DNA from: an uncultured Actinomycetota bacterium
GTDB lineage: Bacteria; Actinomycetota; Actinomycetes; Actinomycetales; Dermatophilaceae
Length of the DNA: 64,000 nt
Direction of reading: 5' to 3'
NCBI GenBank assembly: GCA_963695175.1
Contig: CAVOGG010000006.1
Location: 38,052-102,051, forward strand
Shown here: positions 1 through 10,840 of the stretch, one piece after another
Position numbering within the stretch: the stretch's first letter is position 1
Layout of the letters: each line of letters starts with the position of its first letter
The notes under the pieces: generated by a model
What the model was told of the DNA's origin: nothing
Database searches by the model: none
The model's input: only the letters and a program-made list of their open reading frames with translations
Translations under genes and position numbers: made by a program

Positions 1-497
1 GCACCTTGCATGCAGCCACCCCGGCTTCAGGGCTGATGGCCGCCCTGACCGTGAGCTTCAGTACGTCTCCGGCCAGCTCTAACCACATCACTGCCGTTGT
101 AGGCCACCTCACTCATGCCGGCTCACCCACTGAGGCAGCGGCGGTTCCACGGGGTAGCGCGGTGCTCGAGGGGGCGGAGCCCCGCGGCCACGTTGGCAGT
201 AAGACGTGACCCAACGAGTGGCGGAGCGGGTGACGGACTGGCGGTGCGTGCCCTCGTGCCGCAGTCGGGTAGGTGCGCGCTCGCGCGGTGGGGTTCGTGA
301 GTCGCGCTGGTGCTACAACCGCGTCGGAGGGGGCGGGCGCAGGAAGCACTCAACACGGTGCAGGGGAGCAGGCCTAGGACGTATTGGCACCATGTTCGAC
401 ATGGTGCGCGGTGCTTGAGTGGGTATCTCGGCGACCCGTTGCCGATGTCCCGAATGGAGTCAATGGCGCGCTCCAAGCGCGCGTGAACCGCATCGGT

Positions 498-535
498 TCA
501 TCCACAGCCTGCCGCTCGTCGACTGGTCATCCACA
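498..535 (+). promoter_or_regulatory. Two DnaA-box-like 9-mers (TCATCCACA at 498-506 and 527-535) upstream of parA
   Basis: Each is one mismatch from TTATCCACA; origin-proximal context. The second overlaps a perfect palindrome CCACAGCGCGCTGTGG (531-546). Confidence 0.45.
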
Positions 536-555
536 GCGCGCTGTGGCGCTTTGGC

Positions 556-1980
556 GTGTTGACCCCCCGTGAGGTTGGATTGGCACGCCCCACCCCCGAC
601 GAAGGTGATCGCGTGAACTCAACGATCGACGTCGCCAATGCCCGTACGGCCGCTCCTGGCCTGGGGTTTCCGCGGCTGACCGGCGTTCCGACGACCCCCC
701 TAGGGTGGCCTGCGCCGGACCGCGTTTCACGTGAAACATCCAGCCCCGCTGCGGCGGCGACCGATTCCAGCAGCGCATCGGCGCCGACGACCGTTCGAGC
801 GCAGCCCACCGAGCCTGCCGAGAGCCTCGAGCCGACCCGGACCGCCGATCCCAGCGCCGACACAGGCCCGACTGGTGCACCGGATCCCAGCATCGCAACT
901 GGTTCGGCCGGTGCGACCGAGCCCAGTGCTGCAGCCAGTCCGACCGGTGCGACCGAGCCCAGCGCCCAGCCCAGTCCGCCGCCACCCGCCGGCACCCGAG
1001 AGGACCGCATGGACGCGCCCCCCACCGACGACACCGAGGTGCGCGCCCAGATCGCGGCGGCCATGCCGGGAGCGGACGGGGGGACGCCGCTTGCCGCGGC
1101 CGTCGCTGCCGATGCCCGCAAGCGGATCACGCTCAGCGGGCGCACCGTGCCGCGTCCCGCTCACACCCGGGTGATGACGGTGGCGAACCAGAAGGGCGGC
1201 GTGGGCAAGACGACGACCACGGTCAACGTCGCCGCGGCCCTGGCCCAAGCCGGCAGCACCGTGCTCGTCATCGACCTCGACCCGCAGGGCAACGCCAGCA
1301 CGGCCCTCGGCATCGAGCACCACGCGGAGGTGCCGAGCGTCTACGACGTGCTGATCGAGGGCCAGCCGGTGGCCGGGGTCGTGCAGGAGTGCCCCGATGT
1401 GCCCGGCCTGTTCTGCGTTCCGGCCACCATCGACCTGGCCGGCGCCGAGATCGAGCTGGTCTCGCTGGTCGCCCGCGAGACCCGCCTCCAGCGCGCCGTC
1501 TCGGCCTACGTCGACCAGTGCGAGGCGGCGGGCGAGCGCCTCGACTACGTGCTCATCGACTGCCCGCCCAGCCTGGGCCTGCTCACCGTGAACGCCTTCG
1601 TGGCGGCCACCGAGGTGTTCATCCCCATCCAGTGCGAGTACTACGCACTCGAGGGGCTCTCGCAGCTGCTCAAGAACATCGAGCTGATCCGCAGCCACCT
1701 CAACCCGACGCTGCACGTGTCGACCATCCTGCTGACCATGTACGACGGCCGTACTCGACTGTCCGCGCAGGTGGCCGACGAGGTGCGCGAGCACTTCCCC
1801 GACGAGACCCTGCGGGCCAGCGTGCCGCGGTCGGTGCGCATCTCCGAGGCGCCGAGCCATGGCCAGACCGTGATGACCTACGACCCGAACAGCAGTGGTG
1901 CGCTGTCCTACCTCGAGGCGGCCGTCGAGCTCGCCGAGCGGGGCGCCGCCACGTCGCCGACCTCCAAGGAGTCCGCATGA
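556..1980 (+). CDS. parA: Chromosome partitioning ATPase ParA (start uncertain; alternative ATG at 1009 with RBS GAGAGGA)
   Basis: Deviant Walker A ANQKGGVGKTTT, IDLDPQGNAS, IDCPPSLG, PIQCEYYALEG; overlaps parB start (ATGA). Confidence 0.97.
   Translation: MLTPREVGLARPTPDEGDRVNSTIDVANARTAAPGLGFPRLTGVPTTPLGWPAPDRVSRETSSPAAAATDSSSASAPTTVRAQPTEPAESLEPTRTADPSADTGPTGAPDPSIATGSAGATEPSAAASPTGATEPSAQPSPPPPAGTREDRMDAPPTDDTEVRAQIAAAMPGADGGTPLAAAVAADARKRITLSGRTVPRPAHTRVMTVANQKGGVGKTTTTVNVAAALAQAGSTVLVIDLDPQGNASTALGIEHHAEVPSVYDVLIEGQPVAGVVQECPDVPGLFCVPATIDLAGAEIELVSLVARETRLQRAVSAYVDQCEAAGERLDYVLIDCPPSLGLLTVNAFVAATEVFIPIQCEYYALEGLSQLLKNIELIRSHLNPTLHVSTILLTMYDGRTRLSAQVADEVREHFPDETLRASVPRSVRISEAPSHGQTVMTYDPNSSGALSYLEAAVELAERGAATSPTSKESA
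723..738. promoter_or_regulatory. parS: parS centromere-like site (ParB binding)
   Basis: cGTTTCACGTGAAACa matches the canonical bacterial parS palindrome and lies at the 5' end of parAB. Confidence 0.92.
836..975 (+). repeat. Degenerate 36-bp (12-aa) tandem repeat, about 4 copies, in the parA 5' extension
   Basis: Units start at 836, 872, 908 and 944 (CCGGTGCGACCGAGCCCAG is identical at 908 and 944); translation PTRTADPSADTG/PTGAPDPSIATG/SAGATEPSAAAS/PTGATEPSAQPS. Confidence 0.65.
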
Positions 1981-3029
1981 GCGAGAAGCGTCGTGCCCTG
2001 GGCCGTGGCCTGGGCGCCCTCATCCCGAGCGGGACCGCGACGGCCGACCGGCCGGTCGACGTGTTCTTCCGGGACCAGGACCGCCCGACCGCACCTGACG
2101 CGCCGGCCCCCTCCGAGATGCCGGGCACGAGTGAAACCGCAGGTCAGGGCCCGTCCGCGGATGCCACTGCCGCCGAGGTCGGCAGCGGCCTCCAGCCGGT
2201 CCCGGGCGCGGAGTTCGCCGAGATCCCGCTCGACCAGATCCGGCCGAACCCGCGCCAGCCGCGCACGGTCTTCGACGAGGACGAGCTCGAGGAGCTGGTG
2301 CACTCGATCCAGGAGATCGGCGTGCTGCAGCCGGTCGTCGTGCGCCGCGTACCCCCGGGCACGCAGGACGGCGAGGTGCGCTACGAGCTGATCATGGGCG
2401 AGCGGCGCTGGCGGGCGTCACGGGCCGCCGGCAAGGACGTCGTCCCGGCCATCATCAAGGCGACCGAGGACGACGACCTCCTGCGCGACGCACTGCTGGA
2501 GAACCTCCACCGCAGCCAGCTCAACGCCCTGGAGGAGGCGGCGGCCTACCAGCAGCTGCTCGACGACTTCGGCTGCACCCAGGAGGAGCTCGCCCGCCGC
2601 ATCCACCGCTCGCGCCCGCAGATCTCGAACACCCTGCGCCTGCTCAAGCTGCCGCCGCTCGTGCAGCGCCGGGTCGCGGCCGGGGTGCTCAGCGCCGGTC
2701 ACGCCCGCGCCCTGCTCGGGCTGCCCGACTCGGCAGCGATGGAGCGGATGGCGCAGCGGATCGTGGCCGAGGGCCTGTCGGTGCGCACCGTCGAGGAGCT
2801 GGTCACCCTGGGCGGCGACGACGCCCCGGCGGCCCGCCGCGCCCCACGGCCGGGCACCCGGCGTCCGCAGCTCGACGACCTGGCCGCGGACCTGTCCGAC
2901 CGCCTCGAGACCCGGGTGCGCATCGCCCTGGGGCAGCGCAAGGGCCGGCTCACGGTCGAGTTCGCCTCCGTCGAGGACCTCAACCGGATCCTCGACGCCA
3001 TGCACCTGCGCGAGCACCACGAGGACTGA
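1977..3029 (+). CDS. parB: Chromosome partitioning protein ParB
   Basis: LGRGLGALI N-terminal motif, PNPRQPR, GERRWRA CTP-binding motif, ENLHRSQLNALEEA; ATG at 1977 overlaps parA stop. Confidence 0.97.
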   Translation: MSEKRRALGRGLGALIPSGTATADRPVDVFFRDQDRPTAPDAPAPSEMPGTSETAGQGPSADATAAEVGSGLQPVPGAEFAEIPLDQIRPNPRQPRTVFDEDELEELVHSIQEIGVLQPVVVRRVPPGTQDGEVRYELIMGERRWRASRAAGKDVVPAIIKATEDDDLLRDALLENLHRSQLNALEEAAAYQQLLDDFGCTQEELARRIHRSRPQISNTLRLLKLPPLVQRRVAAGVLSAGHARALLGLPDSAAMERMAQRIVAEGLSVRTVEELVTLGGDDAPAARRAPRPGTRRPQLDDLAADLSDRLETRVRIALGQRKGRLTVEFASVEDLNRILDAMHLREHHED

Positions 3030-3270
3030 GCCGGCGCCGGCGGGACGGCCGAGGCCGAGCCTCCGGCGCGACCACGACACCCATCCCGCAGGTACTCCGA
3101 GTGGAGCGGAGCCGGGGTGCCGAAGGGGACGCGTTGACGCCGCCCGGCACGACGTGGGCCGAGCAAGGCGGCATCCACTGCGTTCTCCATTCAACCCGCC
3201 ACACATGACAAGAGGCGCGGAACCCGTTGCAGCACAACGGGTTCCGCGCCTCATGCGCGGTAGGTGGCGC

Positions 3271-3594
3271 TCAGCCGAGGAAGGGCTCGAGCTCGCGGAG
3301 CAGCTTGGGCTTCGGCATGGCGCCGATGATCGTCTTGACGATCTCGCCGTTCTGGTAGACGTGCATCGTCGGGATGCTGGTGATGCCGAGGCGCCCGGTG
3401 ACCGCCGGGTTCTCGTCGGTGTTGAGCTTGACGATGCTCACCTCGTCGTGGTCGCGGGCGATCTCGTCGAGGATCGGGGCGACGGCGCGGCACGGGCCGC
3501 ACCACTCGGCCCAGAAGTCGACCAGCACGGGCTTGTCGCTCTTGAGGACGTCGGCCTCGAAGCTGGCGTCGGTGGTCTTGCTGACGGCTCCCAT
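3271..3594 (-). CDS. trxA: Thioredoxin
   Basis: VDFWAEWCGPC active site; ATG at 3594. Confidence 0.97.
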   Translation of the reverse strand: MGAVSKTTDASFEADVLKSDKPVLVDFWAEWCGPCRAVAPILDEIARDHDEVSIVKLNTDENPAVTGRLGITSIPTMHVYQNGEIVKTIIGAMPKPKLLRELEPFLG

Positions 3595-3680
3595 GGTGGG
3601 GGTCCTTTCGAAGGGTGGTGCGGGCGGGGCGGGGGTCCTGGATTGATCCTGCCGCACTGCGCTGACAGGACCGGAGGCGG

Positions 3681-4616
3681 TCAGTGGGCGAGGAAGCGTT
3701 CGGCGTCGAGCGCCGCGGCACAGCCGGAGCCGGCCGCGGTGATCGCCTGGCGGTAGGTGTGGTCGACGAGGTCGCCACAGGCGAAGACGCCGGGCACGTT
3801 GGTGCGGGTGGTGCGCCCCTCGACGAGCACGTAGCCCTCGGCATCGAGCTCGACGACGCCCTTGACCAGCTCGTTGCGCGGGTCGTGACCGATCGCCACG
3901 AACAGGCCGGTGACAGGCAGCTCTCGGGTCTCACCGGTCACGGTGTCGCGCAACGTGATTCCGGTCAGCTTGTCCTCGCCGTGAATGGCGTCGACCGCGC
4001 TGTTCCAGGCGAAGCGGATCTTGGGGTTGGCATGGGCGCGTTCGGCCATGATCGCCGACGCCCGCAGCTCGTCGCGGCGGTGCACGATCGTGACGGTGCG
4101 GGCGAACTTGGTGAGGAAGGTGGCCTCCTCCACCGCGGAGTCGCCCCCGCCCACCACGGCGATGTCCTGCTCACGGAAGAAGAACCCGTCGCAGGTGGCA
4201 CACCACGACACTCCGTGACCTGACAGCCGCTTCTCGTCGGGCAGGCCGAGCTCGCGGTAGGCCGAGCCCATGGCCAGGATGACGGCGCGCGCCCGGTGCT
4301 CGACGCCCTCGGCGTCGGTGACCACCTTGATCTCGTCCTCGAGGCGCACCGACTGCACGTCGTCGGTGATGATCTCGGCTCCGAAGCGCTCGGCCTGGGC
4401 GCGCATGTTCTCCATCAGGTCGGGGCCCATGATGCCGTCACGGAAACCGGGGAAGTTCTCGACCTCGGTCGTGTTCATCAGTGCCCCACCGGCGGTGACC
4501 GCGCCCTCGAAGACCAACGGCTCGAGGTTGGCGCGCGCCGCGTAGACGGCAGCCGTCCACCCGGCCGGGCCTGAGCCGATGATGATGACGTTGCGGACCT
4601 CGCTGGTCACGGACAC
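3681..4616 (-). CDS. trxB: Thioredoxin-disulfide reductase
   Basis: [11 protein letters not shown] motif, CATCDG redox motif, VGGGDSA NADPH motif, GD...[11 protein letters not shown]. Confidence 0.97.
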   Translation of the reverse strand: MSVTSEVRNVIIIGSGPAGWTAAVYAARANLEPLVFEGAVTAGGALMNTTEVENFPGFRDGIMGPDLMENMRAQAERFGAEIITDDVQSVRLEDEIKVVTDAEGVEHRARAVILAMGSAYRELGLPDEKRLSGHGVSWCATCDGFFFREQDIAVVGGGDSAVEEATFLTKFARTVTIVHRRDELRASAIMAERAHANPKIRFAWNSAVDAIHGEDKLTGITLRDTVTGETRELPVTGLFVAIGHDPRNELVKGVVELDAEGYVLVEGRTTRTNVPGVFACGDLVDHTYRQAITAAGSGCAAALDAERFLAH

Positions 4617-4668
4617 ATCCCCTTGTGGTGATCGGTGGGAGCAACCGCTAGATGCAGTGCCTCTGAGG

Positions 4669-4694
4669 AACCGATCCTACGGCCGTGGGATTCC
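4669..4694 (-). promoter_or_regulatory. SigH/sigmaR-type promoter of trxBA
   Basis: Minus strand GGAAT-N18-GTT, an exact match to the Streptomyces sigmaR / mycobacterial SigH consensus; trxBA is an established member of that regulon. Confidence 0.8.
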
Positions 4695-4745
4695 CGCCGC
4701 GGCCACGCCCCGCCGGTCGCGGGCGGATGCGGCCCACCACCACAG

Positions 4746-5555
4746 TCAGTCCAGTGGCACGGGACCACGGATGAGGCCGGTGTTGCCCGTGGTGCAGGAA
4801 CGGTCGACCGCCCAGGCCGAGCGTCCCGCGTCGGAGTGCACCACCAGGACCGCCGCGGAGGCGCCGTCGACCTCCGAGACGTCGACGAGGACGCCGGCAT
4901 CGGCGGGGATGCCGAGGGCTGTGGCACACGCGCGGGCGCCGATCGGCGTGGCGATCGGCCCCAGCGATGGCGACTCGGCCGTGAGGTCGGCGATCGGGTC
5001 GAGCGTGCCGTCGTCGAGCTCGCGGGCAGTGACGTCGAGCCGGTCGGCGGCGTGGTCGACCCCCGACATGACGACGACCACCTCGCCGGACCCGGCCGCC
5101 GGCGCGACCAGGGCCAGCTTGCCCGCCGCGGCGGCAGGGGAGTCCTCGGCGACCGCGCCGGAGTCGGCGGACCCGGCGTTCGTGCCGAACGCGGCGATCA
5201 CGTCACCGGGCAGCGACTTGACGAGGAACCCGCCCACGCCCAGCACGCCCAGCACGGCAGCCGCCACTGCCAGGTGGCGCAGCCCGAGCCGGCGGCGCAG
5301 CGGCACCACCGGCGGCACGGCATCTGTGCCGTCGTCGTCGCCGGCATCGGCGGGCCGGGACGCCTCGGCGTGGTGGTCGAGGCTCCACAGCTGGTCGATG
5401 CCGTCGCCGCGCTGCGCCTCGACCGCCAGGGCGGCGCTGATCCGGGCCACGAGGTCGTCGGGCATCGGGCCGGGCTCGGGAAGGCTCGCCAGGAGCGCGC
5501 GCATCCCCGTCGGGTCGTGCTCGACGGGTGCGGTGTCATCGTGCTGCTGGCTCAC
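4746..5555 (-). CDS. Putative membrane anti-sigma factor for SigM (RsmA/RskA-like)
   Basis: GTG 5555 with GGAGG RBS; LLASLPEPGPMPDDLVARI N-terminal motif, one TM helix, extracellular tail with two Cys; directly downstream of sigM. Confidence 0.75.
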   Translation of the reverse strand: MSQQHDDTAPVEHDPTGMRALLASLPEPGPMPDDLVARISAALAVEAQRGDGIDQLWSLDHHAEASRPADAGDDDGTDAVPPVVPLRRRLGLRHLAVAAAVLGVLGVGGFLVKSLPGDVIAAFGTNAGSADSGAVAEDSPAAAAGKLALVAPAAGSGEVVVVMSGVDHAADRLDVTARELDDGTLDPIADLTAESPSLGPIATPIGARACATALGIPADAGVLVDVSEVDGASAAVLVVHSDAGRSAWAVDRSCTTGNTGLIRGPVPLD

Positions 5556-5637
5556 GAGGTCCTCCGGGACGTGCCCTCGGGCGGTGCGGATGGGGTGGGA
5601 TGGCGCCGGTCGCAGGGGCCGGGCCACGGGTGTGACG

Positions 5638-6261
5638 TCATGGCGCCCCCCGTGGTTCCGACGGTCCGGCAACGGCTGCCGGGCCGGCATCGTGCCCCGG
5701 ACGCCCGTCGCCGCGCTCGCGGAGCATCTCGGCCAGCGCCTCGCGCCCGCGGAAGCACCGCGACTTCACGGTGCCCTCGGCGACGCCGAGCACCTGGGCG
5801 GCCTCAGCGACCGGCAGCCCGTGCATGTCGACCAGCACCAGCGCCATCCGCTGCCCCTCCGGCAGCCTGGCCAGGGCCTCGCGCACGTCGAGCCGGGTCT
5901 CGACCGACGCGTGCCGGTCGTGCAGGTCGGGCAGGTCGAGCTCGCCGAGGTCGCCGGCCCGGCGCACCGCCGTCGTCTTCTCGCGGCGCAGCCGGTCCAG
6001 GCAGGCGTTGACGACGATGCGGTGCAGCCAGGTGGTCACCGCGGCCTCGCCGCGGAAGGCGTCGGCGCGGCGGAAGGCGGAGATGAAGGCGTCCTGCACG
6101 GCATCGGCGGCCAGCTCGCGGTTCGACGTGGTGCGCAGCGCCACGGCGTACATCCGGTCGCGGTGGCGTCGGAACAGCTCGCCGAACGCCGCACCGCCGT
6201 CGCCGTCGACGTGGCGCCGGAGCAGCTCGGCGTCGGGAAGGGTGGTGAGGTCGTCGAGCAT
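5638..6261 (-). CDS. sigM: ECF RNA polymerase sigma factor SigM
   Basis: AFGELFRRH, DAVQDAF, TWLHRIVVNACLD (region 2), AEGTVKSRCFRGR (region 4); conserved murJ-sigM-trxB synteny. Confidence 0.9.
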   Translation of the reverse strand: MLDDLTTLPDAELLRRHVDGDGGAAFGELFRRHRDRMYAVALRTTSNRELAADAVQDAFISAFRRADAFRGEAAVTTWLHRIVVNACLDRLRREKTTAVRRAGDLGELDLPDLHDRHASVETRLDVREALARLPEGQRMALVLVDMHGLPVAEAAQVLGVAEGTVKSRCFRGREALAEMLRERGDGRPGHDAGPAAVAGPSEPRGAP

Positions 6262-6275
6262 CGCGGTGTCCGGCG

Positions 6276-8367
6276 TCAGCCGGTGACGACGACCTCGTCG
6301 AGCCAGGCCCGGCGCTTGCCGCTGTCGTCGGCGTTGAGCTTGGTGAACCACACGACGATGTACTGGCCGCTGACGTCGGCGGGGACGTCGAAGGTGACGG
6401 TGCCGTCGGCATCCGCCTTCTCGCCGATCTTGGTGGCGCCCTCGAGGCGGTTGTCGGGCCCGACGTAGACCTCGATGTCGCTGGGGTTCGGGAGGTTGAG
6501 CTCGACGGTCTGCGGCTTCTTGTTCGGGCCGAGGTCGACGATGACGCCCAAGCCCTTCTTGAGGCCGCCGAAGGTGTCGGAGCGGTAGTTCTCGGAGAAC
6601 CAGCCGGTGCTGGTGTCGCCGTCGTAGATCTTCGGGGTGAGCTTGTTGTTCTCGGCGCCGTCGCCCTCGGGGTCGTAGGCCTCGACCTTGAGGATGGCGA
6701 GGGGCTCGGGCGGGGCGCCGGTACCGGTGCCGGTGGGCGAGGCGGACCCGCTGGCCGACGGCGCCGCCGAGGAGGGCGCGACCGTGGTGGTGCGGGTGGC
6801 CGGCGCGGCCACGTCGCCGAGACCGGCGCTGCCGGACCCGATGCGGGAGACGCCCCACACGCCGATGACCAGGGCGAGCACGACGAACGCGACGACGATG
6901 CCCAGGGCCAGCTTGGACTCGTCCTTGGTGAGCGGCTCGGCCGGAACCAGGGGAGCAGGCGCCTCGAGGTCGCCGGAGTCGGTGCGCGGGGCGGTGTCGG
7001 GGCTGAGCTCGGACACCTTGTCGACGGCCCGCCGAGCCAGGTTGCCGACCCGCCCGCCGACCGAGCCGAACGCGCCGACCACGGCGGCGCCGGCACCCGC
7101 GGCCGCGGCACCGGCCGAGCGGCTCGAACCGTCGGCGCGGTCGGCAGTGTCGGGTGACACGGCGACGGGCTGCAGGCTGCGGGTGGTGGCGTCGGCCTCG
7201 GGGTCGGCGGCGGGGGAGGCCACCGGGGTCGCGCTCAGCCAGGCCGGGGCCGGGGCGGCGACCTGGTTGACCCGGGTCGTCGCGTCGGCCTCGGCGTCGG
7301 TGGGCGCGGGGGCGGCTGCGACGGCGTCTGCCCCGCTGGCGGATGCCGCGGTGGTCCAGGCGGGGCTTGCGGATGCCGTGGTGCCGGATGCCGTGCTGCC
7401 CGCCACCGCCGCTGCGGCAGCGGCACCGCCCACGACGGCGGCACCCGGGCGGCGCGTCGAGCGGGCGACGGCGCGGGCCGGTGGCCGCAGCGCCGTCGGC
7501 CGGCGAGGTGACGACGACCGGCTGCTCCAGGGTGTCGGGCGTGTCAGGCGTGCCGGCGCTGCCGGGGGCGGGGCCGCCAGCATCCCGCGCGGTGCGGGCG
7601 ACGGGCTGCCCCATGACCTGGCGCGAGGGCCACGGCGCCACCTGGCGGGCGTAGTCGCCGGGGCTGGTGGGGCCCTGGTCGTCGTTGAGGGTGAGGCGGC
7701 AGATGGCGTCGAGGTCGCGGGGCACGCCGGCAGCGATCTCGGAGGGGGCGGCGACGCCACCGGGTACGCGCGGGGCCGGGCCGAGGCCACAACCACCCGC
7801 GCCGAGTGGCCAGAGGCCGGTGAGGCCGGCGTAGGTGAGGGCGACGACGCCCACGGCGTCGCGGCGGGCGGCATCCTCGGCCTCGGTGCCGTCTTCGCCG
7901 GCGCGCACGGCGGCGGTCTCGAGGCCGCGCAGCCGGACGTCGCCGTCGGGGGTGCGCAGCACGTCGTCGGGCTTGAGGTCGAGGTGGTGCATGCCGCGCT
8001 GCCCGGCCGAGTCGAGGGCGGCCGCCACCTCACCGGTGATGCGGCGCACCTCGTCGCCGGGCACCCCGCCGTCACCGACCAGCTCGGCGAGCGTGCGGGC
8101 CTCGCCGAGGTCCTCCTCGATCACGTAGGAGACGCCCTCGTCGGTGCCGACGTCGAGGATGCGCACGAACGCCCCGTGGGTGACCGAGGCGGCCCGGCGC
8201 GCGGCATCGAGCAGGGCCGCGGTGCGGTGGTCGTCGGAGGCGATGCAGAGCAGCGAGACGGTGCGCCCGAGGGTGGTGTCGTCGGCCGACCAGCGCTCGG
8301 TGCCGTGCAGCTGCTCGAGCCGACGGCGAACGGTGTAACGGCCACCGAGGACGGTTCCGGGACCCAC
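6276..8367 (-). CDS. Membrane protein with N-terminal (pseudo)kinase-like domain and C-terminal extracellular beta domain; one frameshift near 7440-7520
   Basis: GTVLGGRYTVRRRL...LRTPDGDVRL kinase-like N-terminus in one frame; low-complexity linker, TM helix and AYDPEGDGAEN...WFSENY...VWFTKL domain in another. The span is 3n+1 long. Confidence 0.8.
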
Positions 8368-8463
8368 ACCCCTCACCGCTGCTCCTCTCCCTCGTCGGTC
8401 CACCGTGCGCACGCCGGTCAGCACCCTTGCGACGGGTCTGCGCCCATAGTAGGCACTGGCAGG

Positions 8464-10234
8464 TCAGGCCCGTCGGAGCCTGCGCGTAACCGGTTCGAGT
8501 GCCGCGCCGATCTCACGGACGCCGAGCGCGTGCGCGACGACCCAGGTGACCCCGAGCTCGATCAGGCCGGCCACGCCCAGCACCACGGCCCCGATGGCGA
8601 AACCTCGGAAACCGCGGGTCTCGCCGAAGTCGGGCAGGAAGGTGTGGATGGCCCAGTACAGGGCCAGCGCGGTGAGGAGGGCCGGCACCGCGAGCTTGAG
8701 GTACATCACGGCGGTGCCGCGCAGGCCGAGGTGGCCGTGCCGGCGGTGCAGCACCCAGAACCCGACGAAGGCGGTGACCACGTAGGCCAGGGCCTGGCCG
8801 ATGCTCAGCGTGAAGGCCGTCAGGCTCGGCACCAGGGTGGCGGCGAAGAGGGCGCCGACGGTCGACAGGCTGGTGGAGACGCACTGGAGGCGGAACGTCA
8901 TCCAGGTCATCTGGTGGGCGTAGAACACGCGGTCGTTGAGGTAGGTCCAGGCCATCGGGATGGCCAGCCAGATCAGTCCGCTCAGCGCCACGGCGATCGC
9001 GCGCGTCTGATCGAGGGAGTTCTTGAAGAACAGCGTGGCGGCGACGTAGGGCGCCAGCACGCCGACGAAGATGACGCCGGGCACCAGGATCACCGAGGGC
9101 AGGCGCATCCCCTGGTGGTGGTAGCGCATCACCTCGTCCGAGTCGCCCCGGGCGGCCGCCTCGGACAGCCGGGTGTACAGGGCGGTGATGAGCGACACCG
9201 TGATCAGGCCGTGCAACAGCATGGTGATGAGCAGGGCCGGGTTGAAGGCCGCGAGGCCGGCCACCGGGTCGCCGGCGTCCTTGCCCAGGTCGGTGGCGCG
9301 GGTGAGCACCCGTGAGGTGACGATGAAGCCTGCGGTGCTGACGACGATGGAGCCGAAGGTCCACTTGGCGACCGTGCTGACCTCGCCCAGGCCGTGCCCG
9401 CGGATGCCCCACACCGGGCGGTACCGGAAGCCGATGCGACGCAGCGGGAAGATCAGGGACAGTGCCTGCACCATGATCGACAAGGTGGCCGACCCGGCGA
9501 GGATCGCGATCATCTCGGGGGTCCAGTCGGCCGGCGCGGCGGACGTGGGGAACCCGGCCCGCTGGAACCAGACCAGTCCGCCGATGGCCACGATGTTGGC
9601 GAGCGCCGGCGCCCACATGTAGCCGGCGAACCGGCCGTGGGCGTTGAGCACCTGGCCCAGGATCGTGTAGAGGCCGTAGAAGAAGATCTGCGGCAGGCAG
9701 ATGACGGCGAAGACGGTCGCGAGGTTCAGGGCGGCCGCGTTGTGGACGTTGTAGAAGAGCCGCACGGCCAGGGGTGCCAGCAGCACCATGACCACGGTCG
9801 CCGCCGCCAAGATGGCCAGCGAGATGGTGACGATCCGGTTGACGAACTCGTCGCCGTCGGGCCGCAGCTTCGCGCGCACGATCTGCGGCACGAAGATGGC
9901 GTTGACCGCGCCACCGGCGATGAGCAGGTAGAACGTGTTGGGAAGCGAGTTGGCGGCGGAGAAGCCGTCGGCCACGTAGCCGGTGGTGCCGATGACGCCG
10001 GCGAGCAGGGCCGCGCGCACCAGGCCGAGCATCCGGCTGACCAGGGTGCCCGAGGCCATGACCGCCCCGGCCCGGCCCAGGCTCTGGCGCGGCGGCGGTG
10101 GGGTTCTGGCCCGTCTCGGCCGCGAGCGTCGCGCCGCCGGGGTCGACCTCGACCTCGTCGACCGCGTCAACGGTGTCGACCGCGTCGTCCTGGGCGCGGT
10201 CTCCGGGCGTGGAGGCGGGTGGTGGGGTCGTCAT
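8464..10234 (-). CDS. murJ: Lipid II flippase MurJ (MviN); probable frameshift near 10100 between the N-terminal leader and the core
   Basis: MASGTLVSRMLGLVR, FSAANSLPNTFY, FYGLY, many TM helices. The upstream ATG 10234 is in another frame. Confidence 0.92.
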
Positions 10235-10264
10235 CGGGATGGGGGTCTTCCGGGGGAGGAGGGC

Positions 10265-10753
10265 TCAGGCGTCGCCGGCGAGCCGCTGCCACGCGACCCG
10301 CGCGATGCGCCGCTCGTTGGGGAAGGTGAGGTGTCGGTGCGCGTCGCGCAAGGGTAGCCACGCGACGTCGATCGCCTCGTGGTCGGGGTCGTTCTCGATG
10401 GTGAGGTGCCCCCCGACCGCCTCGAGCAGGTAGTGGTGCACGTACTTGTGGATGCGGCGCTCGCCGGCGGCGAACCAGTAGTCGATGGTGCCGAGCTCGA
10501 TGAGCACCCGCCCCTCGATGCCGGTCTCCTCGGCCACCTCGCGCGCCGCGGTCTCGGGCAGCGTCTCCTCGCCCTCGATGTGCCCCTTGGGCAGGCACCA
10601 CTCGACCCGCCCCGCCCGGTTGCGCCGGGCGATGACGGCGATGCGGGCCTCGCCGTCGTGCACGTCGACGACCACCCCGCCGGCGCTGCGCTCCTCGACC
10701 GCGGGCAACCGCCGGGGACTGACCCCGGGCGAGTCGGCGGCGACGTGGCTCAT
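10265..10753 (-). CDS. NUDIX hydrolase
   Basis: SAGGVV and Nudix box PKGHIEGEETLPETAAREVAEETG; ATG 10753; conserved next to cca. Confidence 0.92.
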   Translation of the reverse strand: MSHVAADSPGVSPRRLPAVEERSAGGVVVDVHDGEARIAVIARRNRAGRVEWCLPKGHIEGEETLPETAAREVAEETGIEGRVLIELGTIDYWFAAGERRIHKYVHHYLLEAVGGHLTIENDPDHEAIDVAWLPLRDAHRHLTFPNERRIARVAWQRLAGDA

Positions 10754-10840
10754 CTGGTCACTGTAACCAGTGGGGCGGGTGACGGCCGGTGACCACGCGC
10801 CCCAGGGGGCGACCACGGCCGGGCCGCGGGCGGCATACCC

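Noticed and set aside
1-555. Short ORFs at the window start (6-209, 123-476 and others)
   Set aside because: No recognisable motifs and atypical codon use; this may be the tail of an upstream gene or intergenic DNA and cannot be assigned.
5638-8424. Apparent kinase-SigM fusion (928 aa)
   Set aside because: The middle is Arg-rich nonsense; the real kinase-like C-terminus is in the 6276 frame and sigM has its own ATG at 6261.
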